64,000 nucleotides of DNA from an uncultured Gammaproteobacteria bacterium (GTDB lineage Bacteria > Patescibacteriota > Patescibacteriia > Patescibacteriales > UBA12465): the NCBI GenBank assembly GCA_964588465.1, contig CAZPPL010000001.1:50782-114781 (forward strand), read 5' to 3'. The notes under the pieces were generated by a model. It was not told the origin of the DNA. It saw only the letters and a list, made by a program, of their open reading frames with translations, and ran no database searches. The translations under genes and the position numbers were made by a program. Shown here in pieces: positions 48,063 to 57,666 of this stretch. Each line of letters begins with the position of its first letter. Positions within the stretch are counted from its first letter, which is position 1.

Positions 48063-50540
48063 TTAGATTAATTCGGATCGCCGACTTATCTCTGCTTCTA
48101 CTAAACGAACATTCTTGCCATACTTTAAGCGACTCAAAGCTCTGACTCTCTTAGCCATTCCTTCTCGCTTAACTCCTAAAGGGGGCCAAATGGTTTTTAT
48201 AGAAAAAGGACGCAAGGCACTATTATCAACTAATAATTTAATATAGGCAGTTCCTTTATCAATATTAATTAAATCATATTCATTAAAAACTGGAGTGAAC
48301 TCTTTTACTAAAAATTCTGCATCTTCTGATCCTACTTTGAAACTAATAAGTGTACCCACATTTCCAAACACCGCATCTTTAATTTCGGTATTATTATTTT
48401 TACTGAGCTGAGCAACATACTGGTGGGCGATAATCAAATTTAAAGCATATTTTCTAGCTTCTGATAAGATTTGACAAATAGAATCAGTAGTAAAATTCTG
48501 GAATTCATCAATATATAAATAAAAATCTTTACGTTCTTCAGCACTCATATCAGTACGCGACAAAGCAGCTATTAAAATCTTGCCGACTAAAATCATACCC
48601 AGCAGATAGGCATTCATTTCCCCAACTAGACCTTTAGGAAGATCAATTAATAAAATCTTTTGCTGATCCATTACCTCTCTTAAATTAAAAGCACTCTTTT
48701 GCTGTCCAATGATTGGCCGCATCATATCATTAGAAATAAAGGAAGTAAGTTTAGAGGTAATATAAGGTACAATATTAGCTAGAGCCGCTTCCCCGCCAGC
48801 CTTTTCTGCTTCCTTTTTCCAAAAATCAACTACAGTTTTATTCTTGCAACGTTCTAATTTTAAACGTCTAAACTTTTCATCAGCTAAAACTTTAGGTATT
48901 TCCATAAGGGTAGATCCGCTGGCTGGATCATCCATAATAAGTAGCATAGCATTACGCATATATTGTTCAAACATAGGACCACCGGTAGCTTTTAAATCAT
49001 ATAATTTATCAAAAATACCAATCATTTCGTTAATTACAAAACTCTTCTGCTCGGGATAACGTTCATCATAATCTAATAGGTTTAGAGCTAAAGGTCGCTC
49101 TAAATCTCCTGGAGAAAAAACTATTACATCTTCAATACGTTCGGGAGGAATTCGATCTAGAATATCACTAATTAAATCGCCGTGCGGATCTAAAACACAC
49201 ACTCCCTCTCCATTCTGGATATCTTGTATGGCCATATTAGCTAACATTACCGACTTACCAGTACCAGATTTACCAATAATATAGGTGTGACGCCTACGAT
49301 CCACCCTCTTGATACGAATCTCTTTACTCACTCCCCGATAAACATTTTCCCCTAAACTTATACCTTCGCTGGGAGCTTCGGCAGGAGCAGGGGCAATTTT
49401 AGCAGTTAACCAATTAATATTTGGAGTTTCAGTGGTTTTATTAGGAAAATGGAAAATACTAGCCAATTCTTCACTATTTAATAAAAAACTAATATTTTCC
49501 CGAAAGCGACGATAGATAAAATCAGTAACTATCTTATTAGTTTTAGTTTTATTAATCCGTAGAAAAACATTACCATAACTAAAATTATTATATTCCATGA
49601 AAGCACTACCAATATTTTCTAAATAGATATTAGCTTGCTCTTGGCTCGGAGCACAAGCAATAATTCGTAGGTTTACATCCAAACCCGCTTTCAAATTCTT
49701 TTCTTCAATAGACCGAAGCATCTCTTCTTCCACTGCTGATAACTTTTTAGGTACTAACTGAGACGTTGACTCGGTCTTATTCTTAGAACTAGCTGGAGTC
49801 ATTCCCCCTAAAAAACTAGCAATTCGTCCTAGCGAGCTAGCTGCCTTAAGACCTTTTTTAACTGAATTTCTCTGATTAATTTTAGCCACTACTCGTCGTA
49901 CTCTAGCGTGCCAAGAACTATTAGCACTTCTAACTGTGTATTGGATTGCTAAACTTTCATTTTTACCTAATTTAGACAAAACATTAATTAAAGAATTGAG
50001 TGGATCAACACTCATTTTTTGATAAGTTTTTATAGGGAATATAAAACTTTTGGCAGTTTTCAGATAAGCAGCCGCTAACTGACCCTTTAAACTAAAAACA
50101 TTATAATCTTCTATCTCCTCAATTACGGCCTCAGGATAATAAGCTTGAATTTGCTGTTCTAAATAACGAAAATCACCTTGAGGGGCCACTACATAAAAAG
50201 ATATTTGATTATGACTAGCTACAATCTCAAAAGAAAATTGATCATCACGTCCTTCAAACCAAGAGCGAATTCCTTTTTGAGCCTTTAAACCCCCAATAGC
50301 CGAAAAGATAGTTTCTCCCTTAGCAATATCATCCTTTAATTCTTGGTTAGTATCATCTTTCTTACTATCTTGAGGTTTTTCTTTAGGTAAACGAACCAAA
50401 AATATTTGATGAGGGAAATAATGTCGTCTAGACATTAACCAACGTATCAAGCGTAAAATTAATAATATTAAAAATACCGCTAAAATACCAACTAATAGAT
50501 CAGGAATAAGCCTGTTAATATTTAGAGATAATTCAAACAT
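48063..50540 (-). CDS. membrane-anchored FtsK/HerA-superfamily ATPase, VirB4/TrbE/TraC-like (T4SS-type; also compatible with DUF87)
   Basis: One N-terminal TM segment, a roughly 400-aa N-terminal domain, Walker A IIGKSGTGKSVML followed by VLDPHGD, Walker B YLYIDEFQNF, and the T4SS-ATPase C-terminal motif RKYALNLIIAHQYVAQL...FGNVGTLISFKVGSEDAEFL. Walker A sits near residue 420 of 825, which fits VirB4-like proteins better than VirD4-like ones. Confidence 0.6.
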   Translation of the reverse strand: MFELSLNINRLIPDLLVGILAVFLILLILRLIRWLMSRRHYFPHQIFLVRLPKEKPQDSKKDDTNQELKDDIAKGETIFSAIGGLKAQKGIRSWFEGRDDQFSFEIVASHNQISFYVVAPQGDFRYLEQQIQAYYPEAVIEEIEDYNVFSLKGQLAAAYLKTAKSFIFPIKTYQKMSVDPLNSLINVLSKLGKNESLAIQYTVRSANSSWHARVRRVVAKINQRNSVKKGLKAASSLGRIASFLGGMTPASSKNKTESTSQLVPKKLSAVEEEMLRSIEEKNLKAGLDVNLRIIACAPSQEQANIYLENIGSAFMEYNNFSYGNVFLRINKTKTNKIVTDFIYRRFRENISFLLNSEELASIFHFPNKTTETPNINWLTAKIAPAPAEAPSEGISLGENVYRGVSKEIRIKRVDRRRHTYIIGKSGTGKSVMLANMAIQDIQNGEGVCVLDPHGDLISDILDRIPPERIEDVIVFSPGDLERPLALNLLDYDERYPEQKSFVINEMIGIFDKLYDLKATGGPMFEQYMRNAMLLIMDDPASGSTLMEIPKVLADEKFRRLKLERCKNKTVVDFWKKEAEKAGGEAALANIVPYITSKLTSFISNDMMRPIIGQQKSAFNLREVMDQQKILLIDLPKGLVGEMNAYLLGMILVGKILIAALSRTDMSAEERKDFYLYIDEFQNFTTDSICQILSEARKYALNLIIAHQYVAQLSKNNNTEIKDAVFGNVGTLISFKVGSEDAEFLVKEFTPVFNEYDLINIDKGTAYIKLLVDNSALRPFSIKTIWPPLGVKREGMAKRVRALSRLKYGKNVRLVEAEISRRSELI

Positions 50541-50542
50541 AA

Positions 50543-51028
50543 TTAAAATTTATCTTTTATTCTTAAAATCTTATCAGCTTTAATTTTTGCTTCTTGCTCT
50601 AAAAAAAATTTATTAATTCCAGGAATTAATTTTAACCAAGCTCGGATCAGAGAAATTATTTTATTAATTTTAACTTTAGTTTTATTAAGCAATTCATTAA
50701 TCTGCTTCACTGTTTCTTCTCCTTTTTGTTTAAAAGCTTGCTGTTCGTCAGCCTTAAGTTTTATAAAAACATCATTAAGCCCAGAAGCTAAAATGTTATC
50801 AATAATTACTGCCCTTTGCTGTTGAAAATCCATCGCTGAGTTAGAACCGTTAGATTGCTTAGGTTCCAATCTTATCGCTGACTCTAAATTTACAGCTGGT
50901 TTTTCTAAAACTGCAACATTCTTTTTAACAGAATCATCTAATTTAGTAATCTGTTCTGATTGGCTAGATAAGTCTTTGAATTTCTCTACCGCTGGTTTTT
51001 CAATATGAACATTTTTTTCTGTAGCCAT
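50543..51028 (-). CDS. hypothetical soluble coiled-coil protein (161 aa), translationally coupled to the downstream ATPase
   Basis: Its stop lies 2 nt from the ATPase start codon. K/E-rich with no TM segment. No motif recognised. Confidence 0.4.
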   Translation of the reverse strand: MATEKNVHIEKPAVEKFKDLSSQSEQITKLDDSVKKNVAVLEKPAVNLESAIRLEPKQSNGSNSAMDFQQQRAVIIDNILASGLNDVFIKLKADEQQAFKQKGEETVKQINELLNKTKVKINKIISLIRAWLKLIPGINKFFLEQEAKIKADKILRIKDKF

Positions 51029-51032
51029 AAAT

Positions 51033-51209
51033 TTATTTATCTGAACTAATAGCCCCCACTGGACAATTATTTATAGCTTTTTTAGCACAAGGAGTTTCTG
51101 TCCCCTTGATAACTTCAGCTTTTCCGTCCAAATTCATTTGAAAGGTATCTGGACAAGAACTAGCACATAAACCGCAACCAACACATTTATCTTGATCTAT
51201 TTTGACCAT
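51033..51209 (-). CDS. small single-cluster [4Fe-4S]/[3Fe-4S] ferredoxin (58 aa, Pyrococcus/Desulfovibrio-gigas type); not in the ORF track
   Basis: Manual translation gives MVKIDQDKCVGCGLCASSCPDTFQMNLDGKAEVIKGTETPCAKKAINNCPVGAISSDK*. The CxxCxxC...CP cluster motif is present, plus two extra Cys positioned like the disulfide pair of P. furiosus ferredoxin. GGGGGAG Shine-Dalgarno about 14 nt upstream. Its stop lies 4 nt before the next gene's start. Confidence 0.6.
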   Translation of the reverse strand: MVKIDQDKCVGCGLCASSCPDTFQMNLDGKAEVIKGTETPCAKKAINNCPVGAISSDK

Positions 51210-51381
51210 ACAATTATAAATCTCCCCCGTACTTTAATAAACTACGAGTTAAGATTTCTTCAATCTTTATATTTATCTAATTAACTATTATTTAATCAAC
51301 TATTTACTAATTTCAGTATAGCATATTATTTAAAAATTAAAACTATTTGTGAGTATAAAACACCTTAATAAACTAAATAAT

Positions 51382-51410
51382 TTGACAATTATATACTGTT
51401 TTGTTATATT
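51382..51410 (+). promoter_or_regulatory. sigma70-like promoter TTGACA-N17-TATATT upstream of rpmA
   Basis: Consensus -35 and near-consensus -10 with a 17-nt spacer, about 86 nt upstream of the rpmA ATG. Such matches also occur by chance in AT-rich DNA. Confidence 0.3.
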
Positions 51411-51496
51411 GAGAGCAGTAAAAATAAATATTAGTATAAACATCGGGCGTTATCATTACTCTATCTATGTTACGTACTGAATGTTAGTTAACTTTT

Positions 51497-51949
51497 ATGG
51501 CACATAAGAAAGCCGGTGGATCAACCTCCCTAGGTCGTGACTCAGCAGGCAGACGTTTAGGTGTAAAATTGACTGATGGACAATGGGCAAAAATTGGGGC
51601 TATTATTATTAGACAACGGGGGACTAAATATCATCCTGGTTTAAATGTGAAAAAAGGTAGAGATGACACTTTATTTTCTTTAATTAATGGTTTTGTTAAG
51701 TTTTCTACTAAAAAATTAAAAAAATACAATGGGTCTCTGAAAACTAACAAAATAGTGAGTGTATCACCACCAGATAGCGAACATCCTGCCCCTAGTCCAC
51801 AAGAAATAATTAAAAAAACTCCAATTAAAAAAGGAAAGACTATGCGCTCTTCAATGCGTAAGACTACAGCTAAGAAAAATTTAGCCAAACAAATTAAATT
51901 AGCTAATAGAAAAAAACGAGTTTTAAATAAGAAAAGAACCAAAAAATAA
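51497..51949 (+). CDS. rpmA: 50S ribosomal protein L27 with a roughly 57-aa Lys-rich C-terminal extension
   Basis: Canonical L27 core: [24 protein letters not shown]...[34 protein letters not shown]. The ORF continues with KKLKKYNG...[40 protein letters not shown]. Total 150 aa against the usual 85-95. Confidence 0.8.
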   Translation: MAHKKAGGSTSLGRDSAGRRLGVKLTDGQWAKIGAIIIRQRGTKYHPGLNVKKGRDDTLFSLINGFVKFSTKKLKKYNGSLKTNKIVSVSPPDSEHPAPSPQEIIKKTPIKKGKTMRSSMRKTTAKKNLAKQIKLANRKKRVLNKKRTKK

Positions 51950-52019
51950 TTGTTGGCTAGTGTAGAAATTGTTTAAACACAATAAAAGCACCTTATAGGT
52001 GTTTTTATTGTAAATAATT

Positions 52020-53654
52020 TTATTTCTTCTGTCCTTTACAAACTTTAACGAATTCTACAAATAAGGGATGAGGAGTTAGTGGACGAGAGATATATTCGGG
52101 ATGAAACTGTACCCCTACAAAAAAAGGATGATCACTCAACTCTACAGCTTCCACAATCTTTCCATCTGGCGAAGTACCAGCGACCACCAAGCCTAAATCA
52201 GCAAAACGACTACGATAATCATTATTAAATTCATAACGATGGCGATGCCGTTCAAATACTATAGTTTTATGGCTAAATTTGGAATAAGCTTTAGCCAAAT
52301 GTGTACCAGCTACTAACTTACAAGGCCAAGCTCCCAAACGAATAGTACCACCATAGCCTTTTTCCGCAATTAGTTTTTCTTGACCAGGCATAATATGAAT
52401 AACTGGATTAGAAGTTTTGGAATCAACTTCGGCAGAGTTAGCATCTGATAACTTAGCAACATTACGAGCAAATTCAATCACAGTCATTTGCATACCATAA
52501 CATAGACCAAAATATGGTACTTTTTTTTCACGACAATATTTAATAGTTTTAATCTTTCCTTCTGCTCCTCGCTTTCCCCAACCTTGAGGCACTATAATTC
52601 CATCTAAATTACGCAAAATTTTAGTTCCCTTCTTATCTACTTCTTCAGCATTCAACCAATGAATTTTTACTTTACATTTAACAGCAGCAGCAGCATGCTT
52701 AATAGCTTCAATCACAGAAATATAAGAATCCCCCAAAGAAAAATCGCCACTAGCAAAATATTTACCTACAATACCAATATTTATTATAGGTTTTTTTATC
52801 TTAGAAGCTTGCACCATCTTTTTCCAAGCCTGATTATTGTTCTTATGTCCAAGAGGCAAAGAAAATTTTTGTAAAATATGATCCCCTAAATTATCTTTCT
52901 CAAAATTAAGCGGAACATCATAAATAGAATCAGCATCAGGGGCAGCAATTACGGCCTCGGGAGCTATATTACAATTAATAGATAATTTTTCTCGACGAGT
53001 AGTGTCAATTGGTCGTTCGCTACGAGCAATCAAAAAATCGGGTTGAATTCCAGCCGCTTGTAAACTACGAACAGCATGCTGGGTAGGTTTAGTTTTCATT
53101 TCACCAATTTTATGAGGAATTGGTAAATAAGAGACCATCACAAATAAAACATTTTTAGGTTGATATAATTTCATCACACGAGCGGCTTCTAAAAACAAAA
53201 GATTCTCATATTCGCCAACAGTCCCCCCAATCTCAATAATCATAATTTCCGCTTTAGTTTTTTGTACGGCCCAATCAATTCGCCTACGAATTTCTTGAGG
53301 AATATGTGGAACTACTTGTACACACTTACCTTTATATTCTAAATTACGTTCTTTAGATATAACGGTTTGATAAATTCGTCCAGTAGTCATGTAATTCTCT
53401 CGATAAATATTTTGACCCAGAAATCTTTCATAATTACCAATATCTTGATCAGTCTCATCACCGTCGTCAGTTACAAAAACTTCGCCATGTTCAATTGGAT
53501 TCATAGTACCCGCATCTATATTAATATAGGGATCCATTTTAATGGCACTAACTTTATAACCCCTAGCCTGTAAAATTTGACCAATAGAGGCAGTAGTTAC
53601 TCCCTTCCCCACCCCAGACATTACTCCGCCAACGACAAAAATGAACTTAGACAT
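52020..53654 (-). CDS. pyrG: CTP synthase
   Basis: N-terminal synthetase domain (KFIFVVGGVMSGVGKGVTTASIG) and C-terminal class-I glutamine amidotransferase domain (GLCYGMQ...H.RHRYEFN). Confidence 0.9.
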   Translation of the reverse strand: MSKFIFVVGGVMSGVGKGVTTASIGQILQARGYKVSAIKMDPYINIDAGTMNPIEHGEVFVTDDGDETDQDIGNYERFLGQNIYRENYMTTGRIYQTVISKERNLEYKGKCVQVVPHIPQEIRRRIDWAVQKTKAEIMIIEIGGTVGEYENLLFLEAARVMKLYQPKNVLFVMVSYLPIPHKIGEMKTKPTQHAVRSLQAAGIQPDFLIARSERPIDTTRREKLSINCNIAPEAVIAAPDADSIYDVPLNFEKDNLGDHILQKFSLPLGHKNNNQAWKKMVQASKIKKPIINIGIVGKYFASGDFSLGDSYISVIEAIKHAAAAVKCKVKIHWLNAEEVDKKGTKILRNLDGIIVPQGWGKRGAEGKIKTIKYCREKKVPYFGLCYGMQMTVIEFARNVAKLSDANSAEVDSKTSNPVIHIMPGQEKLIAEKGYGGTIRLGAWPCKLVAGTHLAKAYSKFSHKTIVFERHRHRYEFNNDYRSRFADLGLVVAGTSPDGKIVEAVELSDHPFFVGVQFHPEYISRPLTPHPLFVEFVKVCKGQKK

Positions 53655-53674
53655 AAATTTTAATACTTTAAATA

Positions 53675-54922
53675 TTATTTCTTTTTAGCAGTTAATAATT
53701 CTACGGCTTTCGCAAATTGTGGATCTAAATTTTTATTCAAATCGGCTTGAGTCATTTTAACTTCAATATTGGGTTTAAGTCCCTTCTTATTAATAAAATC
53801 ACCAGCTGGAGTTAACCAGTGAGCAATAGTAACTTTTAATTCTGAACCCCCTGGCAATTTATCTAAAACTTGGACTGAACCTTTGCCATAAGTAGTTTCA
53901 CCAACTAGAATAGCTTTTTTATAATCTCGTAAAGCTCCAGCTAAAATTTCTGAAGCCGAAGCACTACCACCGTTAACCAAAACTACGGTCGGAAAATTCG
54001 CTAGACGATCTCGTCCATTAGCTGAATATTCGTTGCGACGATTACCGCCAAACTGTTCAGCTACTACTGGGCCAGCCTTAATCCATTCACTGGCCATATC
54101 TACCGCAGTTTGTAAATAACCTCCAGGATTATTACGCAAATCTAAAATAATACCTTTAGGTTGTTTAAGCACTATAGTATTCACCGCTTGTTCAAATAGA
54201 CCTTCAGTATCATTATTAAAGCTACTTACTCTAATTACGAAAATACCATCAGGGAGCATTTTAGTGGTCACACTTTTGATCTGAATAACTGAACGAGTAA
54301 TAACTAAATCTTGAGGTTTATTTTTTCCTCGAATAATAGTTAAAGTAACTTTTGTCCCTTTAGGACCTCTAATTTCATTAACTACCGCATCAATGCTCAT
54401 ACCTAGGGTAGATTTACCATTTACAGCATAAATTTTGTCTCCAGCTTGTAAACCAGCTCGTTTAGCTGGAGTCCCGTCTAAGGGAGATATAACCGTTATC
54501 ATGTTATTACGAACACCAACTTCAGCCCCAATTCCCTGAAAAGTACCAGCTAAATCATTAGAAAATTGCTTGGCCTGTTTTGGATCCATAAAAATAGTGT
54601 AAGGATCACCAGTGGCTTGAGCCATTCCTTGCAAAGAACCATAAAATAAATTCTGATTCGTAACTTTGTTCTTATCAACATAATTAGTTTTTAAGGTGTT
54701 CCATACCTGCCAATACAGATTAAAATTAATCGTTGGACTAGTACTAGTACCTAGGGCAGTATTGGCTGCCTCCGGAGAATAAGCCAATGGTTGGTTTAAA
54801 AAATTAAAAGATTTACTTTTGGCTTGCCCAAAATAGAATCCACCAGCAAAAATACCTAACATTAAAATTACCACTACTAGACCACCAAGTATTTTCCATT
54901 TATTATTCTTATTTATAATCAT
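53675..54922 (-). CDS. S41-family carboxyl-terminal processing peptidase (Ctp/Prc-like) with a PDZ domain
   Basis: N-terminal anchor, PDZ domain (GIGAEVG...GTPAKRAGLQAGDKIYAVNG), and S41 catalytic region (VVLVNGGSASASEILAGALRD...K catalytic dyad context). Confidence 0.85.
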   Translation of the reverse strand: MIINKNNKWKILGGLVVVILMLGIFAGGFYFGQAKSKSFNFLNQPLAYSPEAANTALGTSTSPTINFNLYWQVWNTLKTNYVDKNKVTNQNLFYGSLQGMAQATGDPYTIFMDPKQAKQFSNDLAGTFQGIGAEVGVRNNMITVISPLDGTPAKRAGLQAGDKIYAVNGKSTLGMSIDAVVNEIRGPKGTKVTLTIIRGKNKPQDLVITRSVIQIKSVTTKMLPDGIFVIRVSSFNNDTEGLFEQAVNTIVLKQPKGIILDLRNNPGGYLQTAVDMASEWIKAGPVVAEQFGGNRRNEYSANGRDRLANFPTVVLVNGGSASASEILAGALRDYKKAILVGETTYGKGSVQVLDKLPGGSELKVTIAHWLTPAGDFINKKGLKPNIEVKMTQADLNKNLDPQFAKAVELLTAKKK

Positions 54923-54968
54923 ATAATTAACTATAATTTATTGTTAAATTGTGTTTTTAAATAAAGTA

Positions 54969-55577
54969 TCATTTTCTTAAAATTACAGGGTGCTTACAAT
55001 CGCGTAAATCAATCAAACGCGAAGGTTTGGAGTTAGAACATTTACCAAAATCAACTACTAAATCTGGCATTTCTGTCGTATTGATAAAATGACGAGATAA
55101 AGAACTTAAATCATAAATATTAGCCCTACCACTTAAGTTTAAACTGGTGGAAACTAAAGGACAATTTACCTTCTTTAATATCTTAATCAAAAATCTATTT
55201 TTAGGCAAACGAGCTGCCAAACCACTAGAGTCTTTAGTCAATTCTGGAGCTAGAATATTGCGATGACGTAATATTACAGTAGTAGGTTGAAGCTCCGAAT
55301 TCCAAACTCGTTTTAAGAATAGATTTTGTGGAGGAGAAATAAAAACATATTTTTTGAGCATGGCTATGCTACTAACTAAAATTATTAATGGTTTATGAGG
55401 ATCCCGTTTTTTTAATTTATAAACACGTCTAATGGCTTTAGAGTTAGTAGCTAAACAACTTAAGCCATAAATGGTGTCAGTAGGTAGAACTAAAACTTTA
55501 CCAGCATTCAAAGAAGTGGCGAGTAAATCAATAATTGCTGGAGTAATTTTTGGAGCTTTAGTTCGTAACTGAATCAT
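54969..55577 (-). CDS. tsaC: L-threonylcarbamoyladenylate synthase (YrdC/TsaC family)
   Basis: YrdC motifs (KVLVLPTDTIYGLSCLA, KKRDPHKPLIILVSS); 202 aa. Confidence 0.75.
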   Translation of the reverse strand: MIQLRTKAPKITPAIIDLLATSLNAGKVLVLPTDTIYGLSCLATNSKAIRRVYKLKKRDPHKPLIILVSSIAMLKKYVFISPPQNLFLKRVWNSELQPTTVILRHRNILAPELTKDSSGLAARLPKNRFLIKILKKVNCPLVSTSLNLSGRANIYDLSSLSRHFINTTEMPDLVVDFGKCSNSKPSRLIDLRDCKHPVILRK

Positions 55578-55593
55578 GTAAAATAGAATGAAA

Positions 55594-56127
55594 CTAAATA
55601 ATTGATTTCAGAGTTGACAGGGCGTGAGGTAATAGTGGCAGAATAATATTAACCATTTTCAACAGAAAAGGGGCAATTTGCGAATGGACTAATTCTCCAC
55701 CTAAAATATTATGGAGTAAAGCATAACGAGAAATCACATATATAATTAAACCCAAAAATAAAGAACCTTCCAAAAATCCTAAAACTGCCCCTAACAGATT
55801 ATTCAAATACTGACTACCAGGGATAACGGCCATAAATTTAAAAATCTTTTCAATAAGAGCAAAGGCTAAATCAATCAAACGAACAGCTAAAACAAACAAT
55901 ACAATAAAGGCCAATACTTTAGCCAAATTAGTATGAGTAGTAACCCAAGGCTTAATCCAATCCCAATTCTTAGACCATTCATAAAGACTTAAATAAAAAT
56001 TAACCGTCAAATATACTCCTAAAATCAAACCAATAATATGACCAACTAGTCTTATTATTCCTTTAAACAGACCATTGATGGCAAAACCAGCTAAAATAAC
56101 TAGCAAACTAATATCCAGAATTGACAT
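55594..56127 (-). CDS. cvpA: CvpA-family membrane protein
   Basis: Four TM helices and the typical CvpA N-terminus (MSILDISLLVILAGFAINGLFKGIIRLVGHIIGLILGVYL). Confidence 0.7.
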   Translation of the reverse strand: MSILDISLLVILAGFAINGLFKGIIRLVGHIIGLILGVYLTVNFYLSLYEWSKNWDWIKPWVTTHTNLAKVLAFIVLFVLAVRLIDLAFALIEKIFKFMAVIPGSQYLNNLLGAVLGFLEGSLFLGLIIYVISRYALLHNILGGELVHSQIAPFLLKMVNIILPLLPHALSTLKSII

Positions 56128-56153
56128 AGATTTCTAATATAATTTAATAAAAG

Positions 56154-57599
56154 TTATAATCTTGGAAATAAAGCTTTTTCTTTTCTAATCTGAGCTTGAC
56201 TGAATTGAGCTTGAATCTTTTTAGCACTAGCGGGCAAAAAGGGTTCTAATAAATAAGCTAAATTTAAAATATCCTGAGCTAAAGGTTTTAGAACTTTTTC
56301 TATTTCTCCTTTAGTTTCCATCTTCCAGGGTTTAGTTTCACTTAAAATTTCATCAACTCGTTTAATTTTCTCCCAAATTATTTGTAAGACTTCATTAAAA
56401 TGATAAATTTTCATTTTTGCTGCTACATTTTTAACTACTGTAATAATACCCTGATCTTTTAAATTGATTTGTAAATTGCTAACAATATTATTCTGCTCTA
56501 ATAGCTTAGAAACACGAGCCACTAAATTACCTAGTCCATTAGCTAAATCTGCATTATAGCGTTCCCTAAATTTATTTTCTGAATAATCACCATCGGCAAA
56601 TGGAGGAATCTCTGCTAATAAATAATAACGTAGCGGATCAGAACCATATTTATCGGATAATTCATAAGGATTTACTATGTTCCCTGAACTTTTGCTAATT
56701 TTTTTGCCATTAACAGTTAAAAAACCAAAAACTAAAATTTGCTTAGAAGGGGCTAGTCCAGCAGACATAAGCATAGCCTGCCACATAGCCGCTTGCGGTC
56801 GCAAATTGTCTTTACCACAAACTTGTACACCTGGCCAATAATTTTTAAAATCTTCGGATTCTCTAGGCCAAGCTAAAGTAGAAATATAGTTAACTAGAGC
56901 ATCAAACCAAACATACATAACTTGACTATCATCGTCAGGAATTGCTACTCCATTGGGCATTTTAGTTTTTAGGCGAGAAATACTAAAATCTTGTAAACCG
57001 GCTTTCACAAAATTAGTTATTTCCTTTAAACGACCAGCAGGTAAAACAAATTCAGGATTATTTTTATATAAATCTAATAGTTGTTGTTGATATCTAGAAA
57101 AACGAAAAAAATAATTTTCTTCTTCAATAATCTCTAATTCGCTATTAGGATGAAAAGGACAACGTCCTTTAACTAATTCAGAATCAGTTTTCTCTAGTTC
57201 GCAGCCAACACAATATTTAATTTTATAAAATTTTTTATAAATATCACCACTAGCTAAACAACGTTTCCAAAATTCTTGAGCAGCTACTTTATGTTTGGAA
57301 TCGGTAGTGCGAGTAAATTTATTATAAGATAAATTCAATTTTTCTTTTAGAGGTAAAAACTTACCAGAATATAAATCACAAAAATCTTGAACACTTAGTC
57401 CGCTCTCTTGAGCTTTTTGATAAATTTTTAAACCATGTTCATCAGTTCCAGTATTAAAGAATACTACTGCACCTCTCTGTCGCTCATAGCGAGCAACAAC
57501 ATCAGCTTTAATTAATTCAGCAGCAAAACCTATATGCGGTTCAGAATTAATATAAGCTAAAGTGGTAGTAATATAAAAATATTTAGTTCGTGAGGGCAT
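56154..57599 (-). CDS. metG: methionine--tRNA ligase (short form lacking the C-terminal tRNA-binding domain)
   Basis: HIGH-type motif region (YINSEPHIGFAAE...ADVVARY...FFNTGTDEHGLKI), Zn knuckle (CVGC...C), and KMSKS (KISKSSGN). Confidence 0.85.
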   Translation of the reverse strand: MPSRTKYFYITTTLAYINSEPHIGFAAELIKADVVARYERQRGAVVFFNTGTDEHGLKIYQKAQESGLSVQDFCDLYSGKFLPLKEKLNLSYNKFTRTTDSKHKVAAQEFWKRCLASGDIYKKFYKIKYCVGCELEKTDSELVKGRCPFHPNSELEIIEEENYFFRFSRYQQQLLDLYKNNPEFVLPAGRLKEITNFVKAGLQDFSISRLKTKMPNGVAIPDDDSQVMYVWFDALVNYISTLAWPRESEDFKNYWPGVQVCGKDNLRPQAAMWQAMLMSAGLAPSKQILVFGFLTVNGKKISKSSGNIVNPYELSDKYGSDPLRYYLLAEIPPFADGDYSENKFRERYNADLANGLGNLVARVSKLLEQNNIVSNLQINLKDQGIITVVKNVAAKMKIYHFNEVLQIIWEKIKRVDEILSETKPWKMETKGEIEKVLKPLAQDILNLAYLLEPFLPASAKKIQAQFSQAQIRKEKALFPRL

Positions 57600-57666
57600 A
57601 AATTAACTAAGTTATTAATATAATAAATAAAATCAAAGCTTGACTGGGTCAAAACCAAAAAAATAA

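Noticed and set aside
41722-51209. Integrative conjugative element hypothesis (tyrosine recombinase plus VirB4-like ATPase on the same strand).
   Set aside because: Essential housekeeping genes (alr, serS, dnaX) lie between them. No flanking direct repeats or tRNA integration site are visible, and no relaxase or other T4SS components are present.
47007-52874. Plus-strand ORFs nested antisense in dnaX, the VirB4-like ATPase, rpmA and pyrG (47007..47270, 47562..47921, 48844..49059, 51631..51942, 52659..52874, 53367..53573).
   Set aside because: Same reasoning: embedded antisense in strongly supported coding regions, so they are treated as spurious.
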